Below are positions 35,967 through 44,361 of a stretch of DNA of 64,000 nt, one piece after another. Each line of letters opens with the position of its first letter. Position 1 is the stretch's first letter. Both the position numbers and the translations under genes were made by a program. The notes under the pieces are model-generated. The model was not told where the DNA came from, made no database searches, and was given only the letters and a program-made list of their open reading frames with translations. The DNA is from an uncultured Acidobacteriota bacterium (lineage in GTDB: Bacteria; Acidobacteriota; Blastocatellia; RBC074): NCBI GenBank assembly GCA_963796275.1, contig CAWCKY010000006.1, positions 832,001 to 896,000 of the forward strand. The letters are read 5' to 3'.

Positions 35967-36725
35967 ATGAGTAACCAATCCGCAGGTTTGAGCAAGTATC
36001 TTCCTGTCCCCCTCTATTACCAACTGAAGACGATCTTGCTCGAGCAGATTCGGGTTGGAGAGATGAAGCCGAACGACAGGCTACCGGCTGAAGATGAGTT
36101 GGCTGCCACCTATGGCGTCAGCAAAGCGACGGTGCGTCAAGCCCTGAATGAGTTGGCAGTAGCTGGTGTGTTACGGCGTGAGCAGGGGCGCGGCACGTTC
36201 GTCGCCGAGCCCAAGCTGGCCCAGGGGCCGCGCGAGCTGACGAGTTTCACCGAGGAGATGAGCAATCTCGGCTTTCGCCCGACATCGGAAGTACTAACTC
36301 AGGACGTAATCGAAGCTGAGGCCGATGTTGCCGAAAAACTGAGGATTGAAAAAGGCACTCTCGTTATGCGGCTCAAACGTCTGCGAATTGCCGACGGCAA
36401 ACCGATGGGAATTCAAACGGCTTACATTCCCGTAGAACTGGCGCCCGGATTGGCCGAGGAGGATTTTACGGAAACCTCACTTTATAGCCTGCTGGAACGA
36501 AAGTACGGGTTAATGCCCGTGCGCGCGCAGGAGACCTATTTCGCAGTGCTTCTCGAGCAAGACGAAGCAAGGCTCCTCAATGTCGCTGCCACCTCACCCG
36601 GGATTGCAGCCGAGCGCTTATCCTATCTCGCGTCAGGGCGAACGCTTGAACTAGTTTATTCAATAATGCGCGGAGACAGGTACAAGATCGTGTTGGATCT
36701 GACTAAAAATCAGCCGAAGTTTTGA
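35967..36725 (+). CDS. GntR family (HutC/UTRA) transcriptional regulator
   Basis: PLYYQL...LPAEDELAATYGVSKATVRQAL...REQGRGTFV; UTRA domain ending RGDRYK. Confidence 0.93.
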   Translation: MSNQSAGLSKYLPVPLYYQLKTILLEQIRVGEMKPNDRLPAEDELAATYGVSKATVRQALNELAVAGVLRREQGRGTFVAEPKLAQGPRELTSFTEEMSNLGFRPTSEVLTQDVIEAEADVAEKLRIEKGTLVMRLKRLRIADGKPMGIQTAYIPVELAPGLAEEDFTETSLYSLLERKYGLMPVRAQETYFAVLLEQDEARLLNVAATSPGIAAERLSYLASGRTLELVYSIMRGDRYKIVLDLTKNQPKF

Positions 36726-36767
36726 CTGAACGCTCATTCGAAAAGGAAGGTCCGATCTCGATTTTGG

Positions 36768-36890
36768 GTAACAGCTCACCTAGGGGTGCGGCTCGGGGAG
36801 CGTAAGCGATCTGGGCTACGATAAAACGGGCACTTGACAAGCCTCAGGTCGCTTACGCTCCTCATGCCGCACCCCCCGGTGGGCTGTTAC
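36768..36890. repeat. REP-doublet/MITE-like long imperfect inverted repeat (~123 bp)
   Basis: gtaacagctcacctaggggtgcggctcggggagcgtaagcgatctg pairs with caggtcgcttacgctcctcatgccgcaccccccggtgggctgttac. Confidence 0.75.
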
Positions 36891-36970
36891 ATCGTTTGAA
36901 TCCTTCTATAAATCTTCGGGTCGCCAAACATCACCTAGAAACAAGCCTGTATTCGGAGGAATCACACGCG

Positions 36971-38407
36971 ATGCATTTCCTTTTACCTGCCAAACTGACT
37001 GGTTTGCTTATCCCCCTGATCTGTATTTTTTTCGGCAGCGCTTACGCGGATCAGGAGACGTCGGCGACGATCACCGGCAGGCTGACCGATGCGACCGGCG
37101 CTGTCATCGTCGGAGCGACCATCGTCGTCACCAATCAGGAGAACGGCGCTGTGCGCCGCATCCAGACCAACGATGAGGGTATATACATCGCCACTCCATT
37201 GATCCCCGGATTCTATACCATCACAATTGAACAGATTGGCTTCAAGAAGTTCATACAGACCGGCATGATCTTGAATGTCAGTGACCGCCGTCAGCTCGAC
37301 ATCACGCTTGAAACCGGAGAGCAGACCGAGACGGTGACCATCGAAGGTGGGGCTCCGCTGGTGCAGGATAGTCCGACCGGACAAGGGTTGATTCAGGTAC
37401 ACAGATAATCGAACTGCCTCTTAACAATCGCAATTTCCTCAAGCTGACCGAACTGGTTCCCGGCGTCAGCTCCAGCCTCGACGATGAATCGACATTCGGG
37501 CTGACGAGCAATGCCAGCATCTCGATCAACGGTATGCGACGAAATGCGGTCAACTATCTGGTCGACGCTTGCGCAACGATGCTACGAGCGCCAACACTTT
37601 TTTCAACAACCGGCTCGGCAGGGATGCGGGCGGGCATTCCGAGAGCCGATGTGCCGCCATTGCGCTACAATAATTTCGGCGGTGGCGGCCCGCTGATTCT
37701 GCCCAAGAAATTCTTCGGACCGCTCGGCTACAACGAGGACAGACGGCGGACCTTCTTTTTTTTCTCCGAGGAAGTGCGGCGGATAAATCGTGGGTTGACC
37801 GACGCAAGCGCGACGGTGCCCAGCATTGCCCAGCACGCGGATCGAATATGCCGAAGTGCGCTCATCGCGCCGGCATATCTTCGCCCTGAGCTATGTTTAC
37901 GAGTTGCCGTTCTTCCGCCGGAGCAATCGCGCGGCTTTGCGGCACGTGCTGGGCGGCTGGCAGGTTTCCGGTATCACCTCGATCAATTCGGGCCAGCCGA
38001 TCCCGCGGGTGCTAGCCGATACGGCCAACGAGGGTCGCGGCAACCGGCCCAATCTGGTCGGCGATCCACGGAGCGGACTCGCGGGAACCATCGATGATGA
38101 TGGTCTGCCATACATTTTTGACCCGAACGCTTTCACCCTGGCTCCGGACGGAACCTATGGCAACGCGCCACGGGGTTTCGCGCGCGGACGCGGGCAAAAC
38201 CAGACCAATCTCTTAATGGCCAAGAACTTTTACTTCGATAGCGAGAACGAGAAATATCTACAGTTCCGCGCCGAAGCCTACAACATTTTCAACCATAATC
38301 AATTCACGGGTATCGGCGCCACGCTCGCCACGCCCGCTACGTTGGGCCGTCCGACCAGCGCTCGTCTGCCGCGCGAGTTTCAGTTTGCCTTGAAATTTTA
38401 CTTCTAG
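36971..38407 (+). pseudogene. Oar-type TonB-dependent receptor with large internal deletions and frameshifts
   Basis: Signal and N-domain, IELPLNNRNFLKL, INGMRRNAVNYLVD, RYNNFG..GGP, TFFFFSEE, then a jump to SYVYELPF...PREFQFALKFYF. About 1.4 kb versus about 3.3 kb for intact paralogs. Confidence 0.85.
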
Positions 38408-38434
38408 AGCGCTGTTCGAGTTTTCGCAGCGTGT

Positions 38435-38460
38435 AGGACGGTTCGGTCACCGTCCTTTCC
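38435..38460 (+). terminator. Hairpin after the TBDR pseudogene
   Basis: aggacggt-tcggtc-accgtcct followed by a pyrimidine run. Confidence 0.45.
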
Positions 38461-38574
38461 CCTCCCCCTTTACAAAAACCGGCACAACATGAATCATGTG
38501 CCGGCGGTTCTGTGCATTCCGGAGTAACATCCAACAAATAAGCGATTTCAGCTTCAAGCAGTCCGCCTTGATAA

Positions 38575-38785
38575 TCCGGTACGCCGCAGGTGATCGGGAA
38601 GCGCGGTGCGAATCCGCCGCTGCCCTCGCAACTGTAATCGGCAACGAAATCCACACGGAGCCACTGTTCGTTCGCGAAACGGGAAGGCGTGGAGAGTAGG
38701 CTGAAGAAATCAAATAACGAAATTTTAGAGTTGGAATTTCAGATTTGAATCTTCGAGGCCGTAAGCCAGGAGACCGGCCCGCGCG
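38575..38785 (+). promoter_or_regulatory. Cobalamin (B12) riboswitch
   Basis: GGGAAgcgcGGTGcgAATCCgccgCTGCCCtCGCAACTGTA ... GCCACTG ... GGGAAGG ... AGCCAGGAGACCgGCC (B12 box), upstream of cobT-cobS. Confidence 0.93.
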
Positions 38786-38827
38786 CGTCTGTTTCAACCC
38801 GCGAAGGGCGGGAGAAAGGACGGTCCC

Positions 38828-39016
38828 ATGACACTCGCCTCTCTGCGCCATATTTCATCGGCGCTTCTCATCATTCTATTATTCACTAACCTCGCGACAT
38901 TGGTTCCGGCGCAATCTTTCCGGCAACTCGATGGCAGGGTTATCGATACGAACTCTGCCGGCATTGCCGGAGCCTCGGTGACGCTGATAGCGCGTGATAA
39001 TCGCCAAACAGGATAA
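38828..39016 (+). pseudogene. N-terminal remnant of a TonB-dependent receptor (probable B12 receptor)
   Basis: Signal peptide plus LDGRVIDTNSAGIAGASVTLIARDN (carboxypeptidase-regulatory-like start), stop after 62 aa. Lies directly under the riboswitch. Confidence 0.7.
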
Positions 39017-39020
39017 GAAC

Positions 39021-40073
39021 ATGATTGATGCGACCATACAAAGCATCAGACCAGTCGAAAAAGTCTGGCTGGAGCGGGCTGCTGAGCGACAGGCGCAACT
39101 GACCAAGCCGCCTGGCAGCCTCGGCCTACTTGAAGAGATAGCCAATCGCCTGGTTGCGATCCGTCAAACGCTGAAGCCGGAGGTTTGCCGGCAGCGAATT
39201 TATATCGCCGCGGCCGACCATGGCGTCGTTGTCGAAGGCGTGAGCGCCTATCCGCGGGAGGTCACGGCACAGATGGTCTATAACTTCCTGCGCGGAGGCG
39301 CCGCAATCAATGTATTGGCCTGTTATGGATGTATCGAAGTCAGAGTGGTTGATGCAGGCGTTGACGCCGACTTTCTTGACGCTCCCGAATTGATCCGGGC
39401 TAAAATCTTGCGCGGTACCGCGAACATCGCGTGCGGTCCGGCGATGACGCGCGATCAGGCTGCGCAATCTATTTCTATCGGCATCGAGCTGGCGCGGGCC
39501 GGGGCGGCAGAAGCGATCGAGCTGCTCGGCGTTGGGGAAATGGGAATCGGCAACACCACGTCGGCCAGCGCGATTACGGCGGCGCTCACCCAACTTCCTC
39601 CTGAATCTGTAACAGGGCGCGGTACCGGTGTGGATGACGCCGGATGGCGAAGAAAAGTCTCGGCGGTCGAACGCGCGCTCGCAGTTAATATTCCGGATAG
39701 CGATGACCCGCTTGATATTCTGGCGAAGGTCGGCGGTGCCGAGATCGGCCTTATGACGGGTCTGGTGCTCGGCTCGGCTGCCGAAAGAATGCCGGTCGTG
39801 GCCGACGGTTTCATTTCGACCTCTGCCGCGGCGCTCGCGTGTCTGTTTTGTCCGAACGTGCGCGATTATCTTTTCATCGCTCATCGCTCGCAGGAAGCCG
39901 GGCACGACGCGCTGATCGAGTTCATAGGGATGCGTCCGCTGCTCGATCTGCAGATGCGCCTAGGCGAGGGAACCGGCGCAGCCCTCGCGATGCATCTCAT
40001 CGGAGCCGCCTCCAGGCTGCTAGCCGGAATGGCCACATTTACTGAAGCCGGAGTGAGCGACAGAGAAGCCTGA
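39021..40073 (+). CDS. cobT: Nicotinate-nucleotide--dimethylbenzimidazole phosphoribosyltransferase
   Basis: LTKPPGSLG.LE, AADHGV, GGAAIN, GEMGIGNTT, DGFIS, MRLGEGTGA. Confidence 0.95.
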   Translation: MIDATIQSIRPVEKVWLERAAERQAQLTKPPGSLGLLEEIANRLVAIRQTLKPEVCRQRIYIAAADHGVVVEGVSAYPREVTAQMVYNFLRGGAAINVLACYGCIEVRVVDAGVDADFLDAPELIRAKILRGTANIACGPAMTRDQAAQSISIGIELARAGAAEAIELLGVGEMGIGNTTSASAITAALTQLPPESVTGRGTGVDDAGWRRKVSAVERALAVNIPDSDDPLDILAKVGGAEIGLMTGLVLGSAAERMPVVADGFISTSAAALACLFCPNVRDYLFIAHRSQEAGHDALIEFIGMRPLLDLQMRLGEGTGAALAMHLIGAASRLLAGMATFTEAGVSDREA

Positions 40074-40834
40074 TGTCCGAATGGCCGCGTCTATTCTTGG
40101 TAGCCGTACAGTTTCTCACGCGCCTGCCGATGCCGCGCGACCTGAAGACGAATGAGGAGGAACTGGGACGATCGGCCATGTTCTTTCCACTCGTAGGGAT
40201 GCTAGTCGGCGGTGGCGGCGCGCTGCTTCACGTCGCGCTCTTGCATTTGCTGCCGCCATCCACGTGCGTGCTGCTGGTACTGATCTATGCCTCCTTCATC
40301 ACTAATGCCTTTCACGAGGACGGACTGGCCGACACGGTTGACGGTTTCGGCGGCGGATGGACGCGCGAGCGTGTGCTTGAGATTATGCGGGACAGCCGCG
40401 TCGGGGCGTTCGGCGCGCTGGCGCTGATTTTTCTCGTGCTTGGGAAATACAATTTTCTTTCCACCCTGGATCCCTCCGCAGTCTGGCGCTGGTTGATCGT
40501 TGCACATACAGCGGCCCGATGGACGACGCTGCCGTTGTGTCTGTGGCTGCCGTATGCGAGAGCGGAGGGACAGGGAAAGCTGGTCGCCCGGCGAGTAAGT
40601 TACGGAGGGATGGCAGTCGCGACCCTGACGCTCTTGGCATCGCTCGCACTGCTGCACTTGCGCGCTGCCGCGTTTGCATTCGCGATCGCTGTAGCAGTGG
40701 TGATTGCGAGCGGATGGTACTTCCGGAGACGACTTGGAGGCATCACGGGCGACTGCCTCGGTGCGACCAATCAAGTTACGGAAGTCATATTATATTTAGC
40801 TGCGATTGCGCTATCACAATATCGTAATGACTGA
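40073..40834 (+). CDS. cobS: Adenosylcobinamide-GDP ribazoletransferase (cobalamin synthase)
   Basis: QFLTRLP, HEDGLADTVDGFGGG, IMRDSRVGAFG, GGITGDCLGA. Coupled to cobT (TGATG). Confidence 0.95.
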   Translation: MSEWPRLFLVAVQFLTRLPMPRDLKTNEEELGRSAMFFPLVGMLVGGGGALLHVALLHLLPPSTCVLLVLIYASFITNAFHEDGLADTVDGFGGGWTRERVLEIMRDSRVGAFGALALIFLVLGKYNFLSTLDPSAVWRWLIVAHTAARWTTLPLCLWLPYARAEGQGKLVARRVSYGGMAVATLTLLASLALLHLRAAAFAFAIAVAVVIASGWYFRRRLGGITGDCLGATNQVTEVILYLAAIALSQYRND

Positions 40835-41108
40835 CGCGGCCGTCGAACCGGGTGAGCAATGCCGCAGCCTCATCGGCGACGACTGCTTCCTCCAGATCAT
40901 CGCCTGCAAATCCGCGAATCGCTTCTAACGAATTCCACTGCGTGATGACGATGATCTCAATTGTGTCAGGCGCCTCTCGTTTCAGGAGCAGCGCGCCCTC
41001 ATAGCCGTCTATTTTCTGCAAGTCCGGTAAAACTTTTGTCTTCAGATGTTCAATATAAGCGGGCGCCTGAACGGGCGTCGTTCGGGCCGACCAAAACCTT
41101 GCAATCAT
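40785..41108 (-). CDS. Antibiotic biosynthesis monooxygenase (ABM)-like dimeric alpha-beta barrel protein
   Basis: MIARFW...Y..HL...VLP.L..IDGY.G...W.SLEAIR.FAG.D.E.AVV. Coupled to the P450 stop; overlaps the cobS 3' end convergently. Confidence 0.8.
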   Translation of the reverse strand: MIARFWSARTTPVQAPAYIEHLKTKVLPDLQKIDGYEGALLLKREAPDTIEIIVITQWNSLEAIRGFAGDDLEEAVVADEAAALLTRFDGRVSHYDIVIAQSQLNII

Positions 41109-42457
41109 TCAACGCCTCCCCGTAGAGATTCCTCAGCGGCAGTCACAATCATTTTCACCCCGTTCTTAGGCCGCAGCGTGATCGATGGCATCGGTTTCAC
41201 CAAATGATCGGGCGCAAGATCGAGATGAAATCGCTGAATGACAGTCGTCAGTATCAATATCGCTTCCATCATCGCAAACGAATTGCCGATGCAGAGCCGT
41301 GGGCCGCCACCGAAAGGGAAGTAAGCATATTTAGGCAGCTGTTTGATCTGATCGCCCTCCCATCGCTCCGGTTGAAACTCTTCAGGTTGATCGAAGTAGC
41401 GCGGGTCTCGCTGCATCAGCCACGGGCTCATCGTTACTTGAGCCCCGTCGGGAAAGGAATAACCATCTATTTCGAAACCGCTCACTGCCTCCCGGCCTAT
41501 TATCCATGCGGGCGGATAGAGGCGCATGGACTCCTTTATGACCATCTCGGCGTAAGGGAGTTGCGGCAGGTCCGCTACAGTGGGTGGACGGCCGTTGAGC
41601 GTTTCTTTCAGTTCAATGCCCAGCTTACGTTCAATCTTCGGGTGTTCCGCGAGCAGATACCAGGTCCATGACAACACGAGCGCCGTCGTTTCGTGTCCCG
41701 CGAGAAAAAGCGTCATCACTTCATCGCGCAGTTGTCGATCGGTCATTCTGCTGCCGTCGTCATCCTGTACCTGCAAGAGAAGCGAGAGCAGATCATGATG
41801 TTCCTGCCGGCTCTCGCGGCGCATTCGGATGATCTGGTGGATGATGCTGTCGAGTTTTTTGATAGCCCGCTCAAGACGAATCCTACCGGGCGTCGGAAGG
41901 AAACTGAGCGGCAGGATGTAAACGCTCTGCGACGAAAAATGTCGGGCCAATATTTCTATCGCCGCGCTTACGTCGCTGGCTTCGACCGAGGTATCAGCGC
42001 CGAAGAGCGTCTTCACCACGATCTCGAGCGTGAGCTGCATCATATCTTGATGAACATCGCGCACCTCGCCGGTCCGCCAATTACTTATCATTCGTTCGGT
42101 GCTCTCCACCATCACCTCGCCATAGGCGGCGATTCGGTCTCGATGGAAAGCGGGCTGCGCCAGACGCCTCTGTCGTATCCAGAATTCTCCCTCGCTGGTC
42201 AGGAGTCCGTTCCCGAATAGTTTCCGCAGCGGACGAATGCGCCATCCTCGATCCTTGATGAAGTTTCGATTATTCCCCACCAGTACATACTCGATGAGAT
42301 CGGGATGGTTGAATAGATAGAAGTTCATTCCGAAAGCGCCGTGATATACGATATCACCGTATTCGCGCCTGCAACGTAACAGGAAATTGAGCGGATCACG
42401 ATCGAATTCCAGAATATTGCGAATCAGGAAGCGTCCTTTAGGACCAGCCGGTTTCAT
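41105..42457 (-). CDS. Cytochrome P450
   Basis: AGHETT (I helix), ESMR (ExxR), PERW, FGGGPRLCIG heme ligand. Confidence 0.96.
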   Translation of the reverse strand: MKPAGPKGRFLIRNILEFDRDPLNFLLRCRREYGDIVYHGAFGMNFYLFNHPDLIEYVLVGNNRNFIKDRGWRIRPLRKLFGNGLLTSEGEFWIRQRRLAQPAFHRDRIAAYGEVMVESTERMISNWRTGEVRDVHQDMMQLTLEIVVKTLFGADTSVEASDVSAAIEILARHFSSQSVYILPLSFLPTPGRIRLERAIKKLDSIIHQIIRMRRESRQEHHDLLSLLLQVQDDDGSRMTDRQLRDEVMTLFLAGHETTALVLSWTWYLLAEHPKIERKLGIELKETLNGRPPTVADLPQLPYAEMVIKESMRLYPPAWIIGREAVSGFEIDGYSFPDGAQVTMSPWLMQRDPRYFDQPEEFQPERWEGDQIKQLPKYAYFPFGGGPRLCIGNSFAMMEAILILTTVIQRFHLDLAPDHLVKPMPSITLRPKNGVKMIVTAAEESLRGGVE

Positions 42458-42709
42458 ATATCTCTATTGTTTAGTTGAGAGCGGGGCAGATTGCAAGCAT
42501 CAATGGCCGGCTGAATACCAATTGAGATATAGCACGCGCCTCACATAACTCGGTGCTCGGTAATTATTTCACTCGCGTGCTGCTCTCGCAGCCCAGAGGA
42601 GGGAACTATTGAGGATCCGATCTTAGAGGGTTTCACCACAAAAAACGCAAAAAGTGCAAACTACAAAAAGAGTTCTTTATCTTTCTAACCTTCGTCTTAT
42701 TTGGTGGTG

Positions 42710-43692
42710 TTATTTCTTCTGTTTGGCTTTCTCATCTGTATCGAGATTTAATATCTGGCAAGTCTTCTTTGTGAGTTTCACCGAGAGTTTGCCGGCCTCT
42801 CCCCTGGCCTCCAGATGCACGGGGACGTGTTGACCGCTCTCTGTGACCCAGATGAACATCTCACCCTTCTTCCGGAAAAATTTGTCCGGTCCGAATATTT
42901 TCGGCTCGAGTCTGATAGTTTTGATCTGGCCACACTCTGTCTTGATCTTCTCGCGCTTGCCGACGAGTATATCGAAATCATAGTTCTTTCGGTCATCGGA
43001 TATCGGAATGCGCATCATCTTGCCTTCCTTGTAATCCTGCAATCTCAGGAAATAGAGGCCGGAGAGCAAACTCATCATCCCATTCTGCAGTGGAAGATCT
43101 TTTGCTTGTGGAGGATCTTTTGGTTTTGTCAGGTCGGTCGTCAGGTATTTCACCTGCTGCGTCGTCCGATCGAAGACGGCTGTCTGTATCCGCTGTTTTT
43201 TATCCACCCTCTCCTCGAACAAATTCAGGCGCGCCGAGAAATCGTTATTATCGACCAGCGTCTCATAGCGGTTATTGACGCTATATCCGAAGAGCCTGAG
43301 AAGCAGCCCTTCGATACAGCGGTCGCGCGCAGGTGCAGGAAACGATCATTGGGAGAGGGAACGTATTGGGTGTTCAAGCCCTGTATCAGGGGTTCGGCCG
43401 GTTTGGCGGTCGTCTGATCCGCGCCGGGCGTTTTAGCGGCTACAGGGCCGAGATACTCCAGCGTAAAAGTGCCGACCGTGAGGGGAATCGCGAATTTCGA
43501 GACTTGAATATCGTATTCGAGCTTTTCGCCCGGGACGATCGGAAACGCGGCATTAAAATTCTGCCGCATTACGGCGAGCGGATAACCCTGTGCGGAAATC
43601 GGTTGGGATGCAGTCTGTCCCCACGAGCTCTGTTTCGAGCCATATGTGCCGAGTAGAAGAAGGGCAATCAGAGCGAGCAGAAATAATTTCAT
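42710..43692 (-). CDS. DUF3108-like exported protein, -1 frameshift near 43308
   Basis: Signal peptide; PGEKLEYDI. Adding one G to aagggctg restores KGLLLRLFGYSVNNRYETLVD, in frame with 42710..43222 (LSGLYFLR, GKREKIKT.CG, IWVT...HVPV). Confidence 0.8.
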
Positions 43693-43840
43693 GCAAGCAC
43701 CTCAGAAAAGACAGCCTCGAGTCAATAGGCAGCAGCCCCGTAGCACTATTGGCTGTAGGCATCAGACTCCGGACTCTTTTAAATAACTTTCGACGCTTTC
43801 AAAACGCCAGAATGCCTATCACAATCGCCAAGCCTATTTC

Positions 43841-44052
43841 TTACCGGAAGGCGATAAGCTGGTCAACCGGAAAATCGCGGTAACCCATATTACTCATCTC
43901 CTTGACGAATTTCGAGCTGACACCGTGAATCTTCATGGCAATGAGCTTATCCAGCGGAAGATTATGGTAGCCGAGCGCGCGCATCTCATTGATGAACTCT
44001 TCCGTCACTCCATGAATGCGTAGTGCTACCGGTTGGTCGGCCGGTAATCCTG
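43841..44052 (-). pseudogene. Remnant of an acidobacterial 29-aa IHGV-repeat protein
   Basis: LPADQPVALRIHGVTEEFINEMRALGYHN / LPLDKLIAMKIHGVSSKFVKEMSNMGYRD / FPVDQLIAFR*. No start codon or RBS. Confidence 0.65.
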
Positions 44053-44293
44053 TAATACTCCAATGGGCCGGACTATTCTTTATGATTGAAATAGGTGTGG
44101 GAAGGCCTCTTGATTGCTCGAATCCTTATCGATGGCCACAATCACGATCCTGACTGGGAGAAAGGAACTTACGGGCAATTACCGTTCACTATCTGGGCCG
44201 TCGCGTCTTGTATCCCATGAACGCCGCCCGCCCGGTCTGCACTCTCACCTTGAAGTCTCTCCGCGTGAGGTTGGCTGAGGCATCGCGTACGTT

Positions 44294-44361
44294 CAGCCTG
44301 ATCGGGCAGACGTGGGAGTCCTGCATCTCGACACGCCGGTCCGATCAGGCCGCGCCGAGCG
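44294..44361 (-). repeat. Duplicated 3' flank with hairpin (second copy 46992-47059, one mismatch)
   Basis: cagcctgatcgggcag[a/g]cgtgggagtcctgcatctcgacacgccggtccgatcaggccgcgccgagcg. The 2698-bp offset equals the offset between the two gene stops. Confidence 0.9.
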
